A stretch of DNA of 64,000 nucleotides from a bacterium (GCA_037144045.1 JBAWXN010000003.1:7696-71695), one strand, 5' to 3'; positions 16,747 to 27,224 are shown, counted from the first letter of the stretch. The notes: generated by a model from the sequence alone, not told the origin. Translations and numbers: made by a program.

Positions 16747-18105
16747 ATGGAACAGAAGGATTTGATGGAAAAATTGGTCTCGCTCGCGAAACGCCGCGGG
16801 TTTATTTATCAAGGATCTGAAATTTATGGAGGACTTGCAGGTACTTGGGATTTTGGTCCACTTGGGGTCGCGCTTAAAAATAATATTAAAAATGCGTGGC
16901 GAAAGAAATTTATCGAGTCTCGCGAAGACATGTACGAGGTAGATGCGGCTCTTTTGATGAACCCAAAAGTTTGGGAAACTTCAGGGCATGTGTCAGGATT
17001 TTCTGATCCACTCGTTGAATGTACTAAATGCCAGCATCGATTTCGTGCAGATCAATTAGTAGATCCAAAAGTATGTCCAGATTGTGGAGGCGCTCTTGGA
17101 GAATCTCGTCAGTTCAACATGATGTTCAAGACGCAAGTAGGAGCTATGGAAGACTCAGCATCTACGGTATATTTCCGACCTGAAACAGCGCAAGGAATGT
17201 TTGTAAACTTTAAAAATATCCTCGATTCATTTGCACCTAAATTACCATTTGGTATGGCGCAAATTGGAAAGGCGTTTCGTAATGAAATTACTCCAAAAGA
17301 TTTCGTGTTCCGTGTTCGCGAATTTGAACAAATGGAAATTGAATATTTTATCAAACCTCCAAAGACCGATGCAGAATGGCAAGAAAAATTTGAAGAACTG
17401 CGCAGTGCGATGATTGGGTGGATGGATGAAATTGGTATTGATACTAATAAGGTTCATGAGTTAAAAGTAGAAGGTGATGATCTAGCACACTATTCAAAAG
17501 CTACTACTGATTTCGAATTTGATTTCCCATTCGGACGCAAAGAACTCTATGGGCTTGCGTACCGAACGGATTTCGATTTGAAAGCACACAGTGAAGCAAG
17601 TGGCGTAAAGCTCGAATATTTTGATCAAGACGGTGAAACAGAATCTGACAAACGTTTCATTCCCCACGTTATCGAACCATCATTCGGAGTAGAGCGAACC
17701 GTACTCGCAATTCTTACCAGTGCGTATCGTGAAGACATGCAAGGTGAAGAACCTCGTAGTTACCTCGCATTTAAACCAGCGATGGCTCCTATTGTGTGTG
17801 CCGTATCACCACTCCTTAAAAATCGTCCAGAACTCCAGGAAAAAGCGCGCGAAGTATTTAAAACACTTAAGCAAGAATTCGGACGAGTAATGTACGATGA
17901 TAACGGAAACGTGGGAAAACGTTATCGCCGACAGGATGAAATTGGAACTCCTTGGTGTATCGTAGTTGATTTCGATACGATTGGTATGGGTGAAAATATT
18001 AATCCAGATTTCAAAGATATGGTTACGATTCGTGATCGTGATACTGGAAATCAGGAACGCGTTGCTATTGCAGATTTGGTGAACTATATCAAATCAAGGA
18101 TGTAA
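16747..18105 (+). CDS. glyQS: glycyl-tRNA synthetase, alpha2 (archaeal/eukaryal-type) form
   Basis: 452 aa. N-terminus GFIYQGSEIYGGLAGTWDFGPLGV, class II motifs, zinc-knuckle CTKCQHRF...CPDCGG, and the C-terminal anticodon-binding domain. Extended -10 TGCTATAGT lies 9 nt upstream of the ATG. Confidence 0.9.
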   Translation: MEQKDLMEKLVSLAKRRGFIYQGSEIYGGLAGTWDFGPLGVALKNNIKNAWRKKFIESREDMYEVDAALLMNPKVWETSGHVSGFSDPLVECTKCQHRFRADQLVDPKVCPDCGGALGESRQFNMMFKTQVGAMEDSASTVYFRPETAQGMFVNFKNILDSFAPKLPFGMAQIGKAFRNEITPKDFVFRVREFEQMEIEYFIKPPKTDAEWQEKFEELRSAMIGWMDEIGIDTNKVHELKVEGDDLAHYSKATTDFEFDFPFGRKELYGLAYRTDFDLKAHSEASGVKLEYFDQDGETESDKRFIPHVIEPSFGVERTVLAILTSAYREDMQGEEPRSYLAFKPAMAPIVCAVSPLLKNRPELQEKAREVFKTLKQEFGRVMYDDNGNVGKRYRRQDEIGTPWCIVVDFDTIGMGENINPDFKDMVTIRDRDTGNQERVAIADLVNYIKSRM

Positions 18106-18136
18106 TATAAAAACTGCCAGGTGGCAGTTTTTATAT
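18106..18136. terminator. bidirectional intrinsic terminator
   Basis: AAAAACTGCCA-gg-TGGCAGTTTTT. Confidence 0.7.
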
Positions 18137-18141
18137 TACAT

Positions 18142-18822
18142 TTATTTATCTCGGACCAGCTTCTTTTTCTTGTCCGAATAGTGATAAGTGATCATTCCGG
18201 TGTTAGGAAGGTCAGGAGGAATATTTTTATAATGCGCATGGGTCCAATTTTCCAAAAGTGACTGCATAGCAACAATGGCGCGACCATGCGCAACGAGGAG
18301 TACATTTTTACCTTCGCATAGTTGTGCAAGTTGTGTGAAAAATACATCAAGTCTGATTGCGGTATCAGCAAGACTTTCACCGCCGGGGGGTCGGGTAAAG
18401 AATTTATCTCCGAGATTCCAGACCTCGGTATTCCAGGGGAAGTAATTATTTACTTCGTCTTGAGTCATCAGATAAGCCCATCCGGCATCACGTTCACGGA
18501 GGGCGCTATTTTCCATGATGGTGGTAGTTGCCAGTGAGTCTTTAGGGAACTGGGATATGATTCCGTCCATAGTTTGCCGAGTTCGTAAATATCCTGAATT
18601 AATAATAATATCGAACTCAGAGTATTTTTTCTTAAGAACCTTACCGGCAGCTTTTGCCTGCTTATGACCTTTTGCCGTAAGTGCAATGTCTTGATTAAGA
18701 GTGTTACCAAGTTTGCTGCGTTCTTGCTCTGTATAGAAAACACCTTTTTTACCGCGGTTACGTTCCGATTCCGCATGACGAATAAGGACCAAATTTTTTG
18801 GCTTTAATAACAAGTGATGCAT
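18142..18822 (-). CDS. histidine phosphatase superfamily protein (phosphoglycerate mutase-like)
   Basis: LIRHAESERN (RHG-type catalytic His motif), LTAKGHKQA, LRTRQT, GGESL and LLVAHGRAI second-His motif. Confidence 0.7.
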   Translation of the reverse strand: MHHLLLKPKNLVLIRHAESERNRGKKGVFYTEQERSKLGNTLNQDIALTAKGHKQAKAAGKVLKKKYSEFDIIINSGYLRTRQTMDGIISQFPKDSLATTTIMENSALRERDAGWAYLMTQDEVNNYFPWNTEVWNLGDKFFTRPPGGESLADTAIRLDVFFTQLAQLCEGKNVLLVAHGRAIVAMQSLLENWTHAHYKNIPPDLPNTGMITYHYSDKKKKLVRDK

Positions 18823-18950
18823 AGTGTTAAAGAAGTTAAACGAGTAATCGTCTTAATTATACCGGTAAATAAAACAGTGTGCAAAAATGTCTATTTTGAC
18901 TTAAATACAAAAACCAGTATAGTGTAACAAACGCAAAAAAGAAAAGTACT

Positions 18951-19559
18951 ATGGCAGAAAAAATTATCCTGGTGGTTGGCTCAGAAAACCCTGTTAAGAA
19001 AAGAGCGGTGAGGGACGCCTTTGTACAAGTATTCCTTCCCGAAACGAGTGGACTTATTGGATACTTTGGAGAATTACTGAAAAGCATCTTCAATCCCGAA
19101 GAAGTGCGTGTTATTGGAATCAATGCTCCCTCAGGGGTAACTGATCAGCCTAAAACTGAAGAGGAAACCTATCAAGGTGCCTATAATCGATTACAAGCCA
19201 TTAAACAGGCTCACCCTGATGCTGATTATTGGGTAGCCGTAGAAGGTGGGGTTGTCGATGATGGTTCGGTTATGGAGGAAATTGGTTATGTGCTCGTTGC
19301 ACAAAAAGGTAATGAGAGAATATTTCGTGGCCAAGTACCTCGATTTGAAATTCCTGTAAAACAAGCGTCATTAGTACGGCAAGGAATGGAGTTAGGTCCT
19401 GCAAACGACTTAATTACTGGAAAAAATAATTCTAAACAATCTGGAGGGATGGCAGGTGAAGTAACGAATCAGTTAATGGGTCGTGAGTATATCTGCTACA
19501 TTGCTGCGGTATTTGCCTTTTCCTCGCTTAAAAACAATCACCTCTATCAATCCAACTAA
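18951..19559 (+). CDS. inosine/xanthosine triphosphatase (YjjX/DUF84 family, non-canonical purine NTPase)
   Basis: ILVVGSENPVKKRAV...APSGVTDQPKTEEETYQGAYNRL...DADYWVAVEGGV...GMELGP closely parallels E. coli YjjX (SGVPEQP..EETRAGARNR..ADFWVAIEAG..GEALGP). Confidence 0.65.
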   Translation: MAEKIILVVGSENPVKKRAVRDAFVQVFLPETSGLIGYFGELLKSIFNPEEVRVIGINAPSGVTDQPKTEEETYQGAYNRLQAIKQAHPDADYWVAVEGGVVDDGSVMEEIGYVLVAQKGNERIFRGQVPRFEIPVKQASLVRQGMELGPANDLITGKNNSKQSGGMAGEVTNQLMGREYICYIAAVFAFSSLKNNHLYQSN

Positions 19560-19584
19560 AGAATGATATTGGTCTGTAAATTAA

Positions 19585-19608
19585 AGTCGCCCTCGAGCGA
19601 CTTTTTTG
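19585..19608 (+). terminator. intrinsic terminator
   Basis: GTCGC-cctcga-GCGAC + TTTTTTG. Overlaps the extended -10 (TGTTATAGT) of the next gene. Confidence 0.5.
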
Positions 19609-19623
19609 TTATAGTAAATTTCT

Positions 19624-20874
19624 ATGAAACCCAAAGAAAAAATATTGAAAAATGGCTTGCGTATTATTACTATTCCTATGACTGATAACCCAACGGTAAC
19701 CGTGATGGTAATGGTTGAAGCAGGGTCACGGTTTGAAACACGTGCTAATAATGGTATTTCGCATTTTTTGGAACATATGTGTTTCAAAGGAACCGAAAAA
19801 AGAAAGTCGCTCGATATTGCGTATGAATTAGAAGCGATGGGTGCCGAAACAAATGCGTTTACAGGATCCGATTACACAGGGTATTATGCGAAAGGCCAAG
19901 CGCATTTATTCCCGAAACTCCTTGATGTGGTTGCTGATGTGTACCTGCATTCAACATTTCCCGCTGATGAACTTGAAAAAGAACGAGGAGTAATTAGTGG
20001 TGAAATAGATATGTATGAAGACATGCCGCAACGTAAAGTACACGATGTTATGAGTGAAGCATTGTATGGTGATCAACCAGCAGGGTATACCATTTTAGGT
20101 CCCAAAGAAAACATAAAAACATTGAGTCGTGATGCGATTGTGGCATATCGTAATAGTCACTACATTGCAGAAAAAACTACTATTGTTGTTGCTGGAAATA
20201 TTACTGCGTCAGCCGTTGAAAAACTGGTTACACAGATGTTTAAAAATATTCGCACGGGCAAAAAAATTAGTAAGAAAAAATTAGCAGCACAAGAAGGTGA
20301 TCGATCTAAAATCGTTTATAAGAAAACTGATCAATCACATATTGTACTTGGAATGCGAAGTATTGCGGCAGGGCATGCTGATGCAACCGCACTTGGGATG
20401 GCTATCGGCATCCTTGGACAAGGAATGAGTTCACGGTTATTTAATAAACTCCGTGAAGAAATGGGTGCAGGATATTACGTGCGTGCGGGTATTAGTGCAA
20501 CTGATGATGGCGGTGATATTACCTTATCAACAGGAACAGAACCAAAACGAGTACCTGAAGTATTTAAAGCAATGAGTCACGAGGTCGCACGTATGCGCAC
20601 AGAACTTGTTTCTGAGGGTGAACTCAATAAACAAAAAGAATATTTCGTAGGAGGAATGCTGATGGGACTTGAAACTACTGATGCTGTAGCGGGACACTAT
20701 GCTCATTTTGCAATGATTCACCAACCACTTAAAACACCTCAACAAATCGAAAAGGAAATTCGCGCTGTAACCGTAAGCGATATTAAGCGTGTCGCGCAGA
20801 AATACTTGAAGGAAACAGGATTTCATGTTGCAGTAATAGGTCCTCATACCGATGCAAACCTAAAACTTTTATAA
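19624..20874 (+). CDS. M16 family zinc peptidase (insulinase-like)
   Basis: Inverted zinc motif HFLEHMCFKGT (HxxEH) near the N-terminus. ~416 aa, typical of M16B. Confidence 0.8.
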   Translation: MKPKEKILKNGLRIITIPMTDNPTVTVMVMVEAGSRFETRANNGISHFLEHMCFKGTEKRKSLDIAYELEAMGAETNAFTGSDYTGYYAKGQAHLFPKLLDVVADVYLHSTFPADELEKERGVISGEIDMYEDMPQRKVHDVMSEALYGDQPAGYTILGPKENIKTLSRDAIVAYRNSHYIAEKTTIVVAGNITASAVEKLVTQMFKNIRTGKKISKKKLAAQEGDRSKIVYKKTDQSHIVLGMRSIAAGHADATALGMAIGILGQGMSSRLFNKLREEMGAGYYVRAGISATDDGGDITLSTGTEPKRVPEVFKAMSHEVARMRTELVSEGELNKQKEYFVGGMLMGLETTDAVAGHYAHFAMIHQPLKTPQQIEKEIRAVTVSDIKRVAQKYLKETGFHVAVIGPHTDANLKLL

Positions 20875-20905
20875 AAGATAAGTAGGTGATACAATATGAG
20901 TATCT

Positions 20906-21916
20906 ATGGAAAAAGTATCAGTAAGTTTCACACCGAAGACGCTCTGGGTAATTCTCGGAATGGTAGTGGGTGTTTTTGTTGCTTGGAAACTACGTAACTT
21001 TGTAATGGTGGTATTGGTTTCAGTAATTGTGGCCTCATTTGTTGAGGTAGGAACGAAAGTTCTCAAGCGTATCCGTATTCCCCGCATATTGTCAGTATTC
21101 ATTCTCTACATATTAGGATTTGCGGCGATTGCTGGGATTCTTTATTTAGTTATTCCACTCTTCTCACACGAACTGTCAGACTTCATTGATTTGTTCCCAA
21201 AGAACTCTTACCTCGTAAAAGTAGTTGGTCCTATTGCTGATAATGGGCTCACGAGCGGGACATTGAAAACACTCCTCGATAAAAATATTGTTTCTGGAGG
21301 TTCTGATTTATTTGCAACCCTAGGGGGAATATTTGGAAGTCTCGTGAACGCACTGTTAGTTATTATTATTTCGTTCTATCTTTCAACTCAGGAAAAGGGA
21401 ATCGAACAGTTCTTGCGCGTTGTTACTCCTGAAGAATACGAAAACTATGTTGTTAATTTATGGAGTCGTGTTGAACGAAAAATTGGTTACTGGTTCGGTG
21501 GGCAAGTACTCGTTGCTATCCTTATTGGATTAGTAACCTATATTGGACTGTTTGTTATGGCGGTTCCCTATGCATTGATCCTCTCAGCGCTTGCAGGATT
21601 GTTTGTATTTATTCCATTCGGAACAGCGCTGTCGCTTGCACCTGCAGTGGCACTGGGGTACCTGGGTGGAGGATTCTCGCTCGCGATTCAAATCTTCTTG
21701 TTCTATGGAATCGTGCATTACATTGAATCATACTTCTTATCACCCTACATCTTGCATCGAACTATTGGAATGCCGATGCTCGTGATTGTCCTTGCGGTAA
21801 TTGCATGCTTTGAACTCTTTGGGATTATCGGTATCGTTATTGCTATTCCTATTGCAGTACTCTTCCTCGAGTTATTGTATGACCATAGTGGAAAATTCAA
21901 TCATGTAAAAAAATAG
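20906..21916 (+). CDS. AI-2E family transporter-like membrane protein (UPF0118/PerM)
   Basis: 336 aa, about 8 TM segments, with the long central loop typical of the AI-2E family. Confidence 0.5.
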   Translation: MEKVSVSFTPKTLWVILGMVVGVFVAWKLRNFVMVVLVSVIVASFVEVGTKVLKRIRIPRILSVFILYILGFAAIAGILYLVIPLFSHELSDFIDLFPKNSYLVKVVGPIADNGLTSGTLKTLLDKNIVSGGSDLFATLGGIFGSLVNALLVIIISFYLSTQEKGIEQFLRVVTPEEYENYVVNLWSRVERKIGYWFGGQVLVAILIGLVTYIGLFVMAVPYALILSALAGLFVFIPFGTALSLAPAVALGYLGGGFSLAIQIFLFYGIVHYIESYFLSPYILHRTIGMPMLVIVLAVIACFELFGIIGIVIAIPIAVLFLELLYDHSGKFNHVKK

Positions 21917-21970
21917 GCGCAGAGCCTGTTTTTTTCTTGAAAAAAACCCTATTTCCTGTAGTATGAAGAC

Positions 21971-23413
21971 ATGTCACATAAACCTTTTTACCTTACTACT
22001 ACATTACCGTACGTTAATGCACCATTACATATGGGTCACGCGCTTGAATTTGTCCGAGCAGATATTATAGTTCGCTCAAAAATGTTGAGTGAGTATGATG
22101 TGTATTTCAATACCGGAACTGATGAACACGGAATTAAGATCTTCCAAGCTGCAGCAAAGGCTGGCTTATCTGCCCAAGAATTCGTAGATCAAGGATTTGC
22201 AGTGTTTCAAGACCAGTTAAAGCAATTCGGTATTACTGAACAGGCCCATTTTATTCGAACTACTGATGCACATCATGAGGCGGCAGCCCAAGCATTTTGG
22301 AAACGGGTTCAAGAAAACGGTTATATCTACAAAGACACCTACAAGGCAAAGTATTGTGTGGGGTGCGAATCTACAAAAACAGATTCAGAACTCGTGAACA
22401 ATGAATGTCCTATTCATCCTGGACGCGACATAGAATTTATCGATGAAGAAAACTATTTCTTCAAATATTCTGCATTCACTGAAAAGCTCCTCGCGTTCTA
22501 CGAAACACACCCAACCTTTGTAGTCCCTGATTTTCGATTTAACGAAATTAAAGAATTCGTAAAACGAGGATTACAAGACTTTTCTATTTCACGGAACAAG
22601 GAAAAAATGCCATGGGGGATTCCGGTTCCTGGTGATGATACGCAAGTAATGTATGTATGGTTTGATGCACTTTCAAACTACATTTCAACGCTTGGTTGGC
22701 CGTCTGATGAAAGTAATTTTGAAAAGTATTGGACCTTAGGAAATCCAACGCAGTATTGTGGTAAAGACAACTTGCGATTTCAGGCGGCTATGTGGCAAGC
22801 CATGCTTATGGCAGCACGACTTCCGGAATCACACCAGATCATTATCAATGGATTTGTGGTTGGTGAAGGTGGGGTGCGTATGTCTAAAACATTAGGGAAC
22901 GTAGTTGATCCTCGGGATGTAGTTACTGAATTTGGTACTGATGCTTTGCGATTGTTCCTAGTTAAAGAAGTTTCAGCTTTTGAAGACTCACCATTCACTA
23001 TGGATCGATTCAAGGACTTCTATAATTCAGCGCTCGCGAATGGGTTAGGTAATCTGGTATCACGTACCATGAATATGGTTATTGCATACGATGTTGATAT
23101 TTCAAGAGTTACATTTCCAGAATTTGCTACGATTAAAAATCCTGCCTATGATTCATTTGAATTAAACGTAGTAGCGAATGCTATCTGGGATGAAATCAAA
23201 GACCTTGATATGTATATCGCAGAACAGGCACCGTTTAAAAAAGTTAAAGTGGACATGGATGCAGCACACGATGATTTACGTCATGTTACTCAAGGACTTG
23301 CACGCATTGCAGTACTCCTTACACCGATCATGCCTGAAACATCAGAGAAGATTATTGAGCTTATCAAGAACAAGCAAAAACCAGAACAACCTCTTTTTTT
23401 ACGAAAAGAATAG
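21971..23413 (+). CDS. metG: methionyl-tRNA synthetase (short form)
   Basis: HMGH (PYVNAPLHMGHALE) and KMSKS (VRMSKTLGNVVDP) class I motifs. The zinc knuckle CVGCE...CPIH is also present. Confidence 0.9.
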   Translation: MSHKPFYLTTTLPYVNAPLHMGHALEFVRADIIVRSKMLSEYDVYFNTGTDEHGIKIFQAAAKAGLSAQEFVDQGFAVFQDQLKQFGITEQAHFIRTTDAHHEAAAQAFWKRVQENGYIYKDTYKAKYCVGCESTKTDSELVNNECPIHPGRDIEFIDEENYFFKYSAFTEKLLAFYETHPTFVVPDFRFNEIKEFVKRGLQDFSISRNKEKMPWGIPVPGDDTQVMYVWFDALSNYISTLGWPSDESNFEKYWTLGNPTQYCGKDNLRFQAAMWQAMLMAARLPESHQIIINGFVVGEGGVRMSKTLGNVVDPRDVVTEFGTDALRLFLVKEVSAFEDSPFTMDRFKDFYNSALANGLGNLVSRTMNMVIAYDVDISRVTFPEFATIKNPAYDSFELNVVANAIWDEIKDLDMYIAEQAPFKKVKVDMDAAHDDLRHVTQGLARIAVLLTPIMPETSEKIIELIKNKQKPEQPLFLRKE

Positions 23414-23420
23414 AATTATT

Positions 23421-23446
23421 AAAACACCTTGCAACAGGTGTTTTAA
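23421..23446 (+). terminator. intrinsic terminator after metG
   Basis: ACACCT-tgcaac-AGGTGT + TTTAAT. An extended -10 TGGTATAAT for the next gene follows. Confidence 0.55.
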
Positions 23447-23475
23447 TATGGTATAATATATTTATAAAATTAAAT

Positions 23476-23760
23476 ATGGGAGACAAAGACACGAAGCCTG
23501 CTTTTCATAGGAATCGCCCTAAAAAGTTTGCATACCTAGACCAAGCATTTGAACCAGACACTGATCCGAATGCACCAGTGCATTTAGGGATTATGAACGG
23601 ATGGGGTAATAAGAAAAATTATCCTGCAAAGTATAAATGGTGCACGAGGAAGCGGCCTAAAAATCCGCATCCGATAACTCAAACAACAATAGGTAGATGC
23701 CTCACTGAATACGAATGTACTATTTGCAAAATCAAATGGACGGTAGACAGTTCAGATTAA
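23476..23760 (+). CDS. small hypothetical protein with CxxxC...CxxC zinc-ribbon-like C-terminus
   Basis: 94 aa, basic. CTRK...CLTEYECTICK. Confidence 0.4.
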   Translation: MGDKDTKPAFHRNRPKKFAYLDQAFEPDTDPNAPVHLGIMNGWGNKKNYPAKYKWCTRKRPKNPHPITQTTIGRCLTEYECTICKIKWTVDSSD

Positions 23761-23761
23761 T

Positions 23762-23790
23762 TACAAAGCCCCCGGGCTTTTTTTATTGCT
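23762..23790. terminator. bidirectional intrinsic terminator
   Basis: AAAGCCC-ccg-GGCTTTTTTT between convergent genes. Confidence 0.7.
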
Positions 23791-25180
23791 CAACAATAAT
23801 CATATTAGTAGATCCTTGTTTGCGCATAAGGCTTCCGCTTACGATAACCATGGTTTGGTTTTTTTGTTTTTCTCGAGCTTTGATCAAGGCTACAATTTCC
23901 GGACGAATATCCTCGATGGGTTTTGTTGGGGTGTAATGAATAGGGTATACACCACGTACGCACGCAAGCTTCGTCATGGTTGCAAGAAACGGGGTAAGTG
24001 CATAAATGACCTTGTCACCACGGAATTGTGAAATTTCACGAGCCGTGCGACCACTTTCCGTGAGGGTAACGATACAATGAGTATTTAATGTGTCCGCCAT
24101 CTGCTGCGCATGTCCTGCAATAGTGTGAGAAACAGGGAACTGGGCATCATGAACAATGGCAACATTAGGTTTGTAAACACCTTCTACGTGTTGAGCAACA
24201 TCTGACATGGTTGCAATAGTTTCTACAGGATATTTTCCGAGGGAGGTTTCTTCTGATGTCATGATGGCATCAGCTCCGTCGAAAATAGCGTTGGCAATGT
24301 CAGATACTTCGGCGCGGGTTGGGTAGCGTTCATGAATCATTGATTCAACCATTTGGGTTGCGACGATGCTTATTTTTCCTTTAGAAATACATTTTACAAT
24401 CATTTCCTTTTGACGTACGGGTACATATTCACGAGGAGTTTCAATGGCAAGGTCACCTCGGGCCACCATAATACCATCTACTTCATTTAATATAGCATCA
24501 AGGTGATCCAAGGCTTCTTGAGTTTCTATTTTTGCAATAATAGCAGGGTTCCAATTAAGCTTCTTCAAAACCTTTTTAAGGTCGGTAATATCAGAAACAG
24601 TTCGTACGAATGATAATGCTACATAATCAACGCCTTGATTATGAAAATGCTGGAGCATGTCTCGGTCTGCAGCGGTGAGAGATTTTATAGATAGATACCC
24701 ATTAGGAATATTTACTCCTCGGCGCGGTTTGATATCACCACCCACGATGATTTTACAAGTAATTTCGGTGCCTTCAATTTTTTGCACAACCAATTTTTTC
24801 TTCCCATCGTCGAGCATTACAATCGATCCTTTCTTAAGTTCTGTAGGAAGTTTTGCGTAGTTCACGGAAATACGCTTTTCAGTACCGATAACTTTTTCTG
24901 TAGTAAGGATTACGGTTTTACCTTCAGTAAGGAAAACAGTTGGTGTTGCAAGGTCACCGAGGCGGATTTTTGGTCCAGCTAGATCAAGGAGGATACCTAC
25001 ATTTGATTGAGTTGCCTTGGCTGCAGCTTTGATCGCAAGGATACGGTTGGTGTGTTCTTCTTTATTACCGTGACTGGTGTTGAGTCGTGCTACGTTCATG
25101 CCCGCACGCATCATTTTTTCAAGGACGGGTTGTGCATCACTTGCAGGCCCGATGGTACATACAATTTTAGTGAGTTTCAT
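23783..25180 (-). CDS. pyk: pyruvate kinase
   Basis: MKLTKIVCTIGPAS...NVARLNTSHG...MVARGDLAIE...ATQMLESM, the canonical PK motifs. Confidence 0.92.
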   Translation of the reverse strand: MKLTKIVCTIGPASDAQPVLEKMMRAGMNVARLNTSHGNKEEHTNRILAIKAAAKATQSNVGILLDLAGPKIRLGDLATPTVFLTEGKTVILTTEKVIGTEKRISVNYAKLPTELKKGSIVMLDDGKKKLVVQKIEGTEITCKIIVGGDIKPRRGVNIPNGYLSIKSLTAADRDMLQHFHNQGVDYVALSFVRTVSDITDLKKVLKKLNWNPAIIAKIETQEALDHLDAILNEVDGIMVARGDLAIETPREYVPVRQKEMIVKCISKGKISIVATQMVESMIHERYPTRAEVSDIANAIFDGADAIMTSEETSLGKYPVETIATMSDVAQHVEGVYKPNVAIVHDAQFPVSHTIAGHAQQMADTLNTHCIVTLTESGRTAREISQFRGDKVIYALTPFLATMTKLACVRGVYPIHYTPTKPIEDIRPEIVALIKAREKQKNQTMVIVSGSLMRKQGSTNMIIVEQ

Positions 25181-25230
25181 AGGCTTTTAGTATAGCAGAA
25201 TGAGCTAAACTGTGATATCGTTTTCCTAGC

Positions 25231-26022
25231 ATGCAACTAAACTATATCGATATTCACTCACATGTAAACCTTTCTCCGCTTCTTGAAAACAAAGAGGCTA
25301 TTTTGACGAAGATGCGTGAACAGAAAATTGGTACGATCACAGTGGGAACCGGTCTTGAAACATCGCAAATGGCGGTAAGTATTGCTGAAAGTAATTCAGA
25401 TATATGTTGGGCAACTGTAGGATTTCATCCTTGTGATGGGCATGTTCCAAATGGTGAGGCAGATTGGGATACTCTCGAAGCTCTGGCAAAAAATCCTAAA
25501 ACAGTTGCTATCGGAGAAACGGGACTCGATTATTTCCATGAAGACACTCCAGAATCACGGCAAACACAGACCGAGATTTTCAAGAAACATATTGAATTGG
25601 CGATTAAGGTTCAAAAACCACTTATGCTCCACGTACGTTCGAGTAAAGGAAGTGATGATGCGTATTATGACGCATTAGCAATCTTGCAAGATTATTCTGG
25701 TAAGGCGAATTTTCACTTCTTTAGTGGTTCAAAAAAGTGTATGGAAGATATTATTACTGCAGGATTTACGGTTTCAGTGGATGGACCGATTACGTTTGTG
25801 GCTGAATATGACGAAATGATCAAGGCAGTACCCCTTGATAAAATAATGATTGAAACCGATGCACCTTTTGCTGCGCCAAAACCATATCGAGGTAAGACCT
25901 GTGAACCATGGATGGTGATTGAGATTGCACGAAAAATTGCAGAATTGAAGGGCTTAGATGATGAAACGGTGCGACTGCAGCTTATCAAAAATACCCAAGA
26001 ATTTTTTGGAATCGGTAATTAA
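25231..26022 (+). CDS. tatD: TatD family metal-dependent hydrolase (DNase)
   Basis: DIHSHVN, GETGLDYFHE, HVRSS, IETDAPF motifs. Confidence 0.85.
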   Translation: MQLNYIDIHSHVNLSPLLENKEAILTKMREQKIGTITVGTGLETSQMAVSIAESNSDICWATVGFHPCDGHVPNGEADWDTLEALAKNPKTVAIGETGLDYFHEDTPESRQTQTEIFKKHIELAIKVQKPLMLHVRSSKGSDDAYYDALAILQDYSGKANFHFFSGSKKCMEDIITAGFTVSVDGPITFVAEYDEMIKAVPLDKIMIETDAPFAAPKPYRGKTCEPWMVIEIARKIAELKGLDDETVRLQLIKNTQEFFGIGN

Positions 26023-26067
26023 TACTGCCTTGTCAAATAAGGCTTAGTATGCTATAGTCATCCAGTT

Positions 26068-26098
26068 AAACAAGGTTTAAACACCTTGTTTTTTATTA
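26068..26098 (+). terminator. intrinsic terminator after tatD
   Basis: CAAGGT-ttaaaca-CCTTG + TTTTTTATT. Confidence 0.5.
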
Positions 26099-26120
26099 AA
26101 TTAATCTATATTCACACAAT

Positions 26121-26633
26121 ATGGCAAGAAAGGCAAAAACAACTTCAGCCGAAACTCTGGAACCGAAAGACAACAAAGTCTATGAAATCGGTTTCCTTAT
26201 GTCACCAGCGGTTCGGGATGAAGACCTTGCAGCACGCACCGACGAGCTCAAGGAATCTCTTACAAACATTGGTGCTACCTTTATTTCAGAAGGAGCCCCA
26301 GAATTCATTGATTTGGCATACGAAATGTCAAAAATCATTGATAACAAACGAGTTCGATTCAACCAAGGATACTTTGGATGGGTAAAGTTCGAAGTTTCTC
26401 CTACAAATATCGCAGCAGTTAAGGAAGCAATTGAAAAAAATCTCCTTATTATCCGATACCTCCTTATTATCGCTCCTCGAGAAAACACCATTCTAGGGAA
26501 AAAACCACTCGGTAAAATCCTTAAAGGTGAACGATCAGCGGTAGTAGAAGGTGAAGCCGAAGCTGAAATTCCGGTCGAAAAACTTGATGAAGTACTTGAT
26601 GAAGAAATCAAAGAGCTCGTAAAAGAAGCTTAA
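26121..26633 (+). CDS. rpsF: 30S ribosomal protein S6 with N- and C-terminal extensions (acidic tail)
   Basis: Core YEIGFLMSP...LAYEMSKIIDNKRVRFNQGYFGWVKFE fits S6. Sits in the conserved rpsF-ssb-rpsR arrangement. Confidence 0.8.
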   Translation: MARKAKTTSAETLEPKDNKVYEIGFLMSPAVRDEDLAARTDELKESLTNIGATFISEGAPEFIDLAYEMSKIIDNKRVRFNQGYFGWVKFEVSPTNIAAVKEAIEKNLLIIRYLLIIAPRENTILGKKPLGKILKGERSAVVEGEAEAEIPVEKLDEVLDEEIKELVKEA

Positions 26634-26748
26634 GTTTCTTATAAAATACTTATCAATACTCATTCTGTGAATAGTTTACAGAGGTTGCGGGTGTGCTATA
26701 CTCGGTTCGTTCTCGAGATTCTATAAGATTTTCCGAGTACCTACCAAT

Positions 26749-27189
26749 ATGTATATCAACAAAGCAATTATTTACGGAAACGTTACTCGTGACCCAGAAC
26801 TCAAAGCGTTACCTTCAGGGAACAAAGTATGCAACTTCTCAGTTGCAACTAACCGAACCTGGAAAGACCAAAATGGTGCTAAACAAGAAGCTGCTGACTA
26901 CCACAATGTGGTATTCTACGGAAAACCAGCAGAAGTTCTTGCTCAGTACCTACGCAAAGGAAGTGGGATCATGGTAGAAGGGCGATTATCAACACGATCA
27001 TGGGATGGACCCGATGGGAAGAAAAACTACCGCACAGAAATTGTCGGTGAAAACTTCCAATTTGGACCAAAAGGTGGTCAATCATCTAGTGCGCCGGCTG
27101 GAACAGGTTCTGCTCCATCAAGTGCTCCGGAAGTTGATACTATTGAATATCCAACGGATGATATTAATCCAGAAGACATTCCTTTCTAA
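26749..27189 (+). CDS. ssb: single-stranded DNA-binding protein
   Basis: OB-fold MYINKAIIYGNVTRDPELK...NFSVATNRTWKD...HNVVFYGKPAEV, a Gly/Ser-rich linker and an acidic C-terminal tip EDIPF. Confidence 0.85.
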   Translation: MYINKAIIYGNVTRDPELKALPSGNKVCNFSVATNRTWKDQNGAKQEAADYHNVVFYGKPAEVLAQYLRKGSGIMVEGRLSTRSWDGPDGKKNYRTEIVGENFQFGPKGGQSSSAPAGTGSAPSSAPEVDTIEYPTDDINPEDIPF

Positions 27190-27224
27190 AACGAATCTGT
27201 TACTGAAACCGTTCACATACTTGT

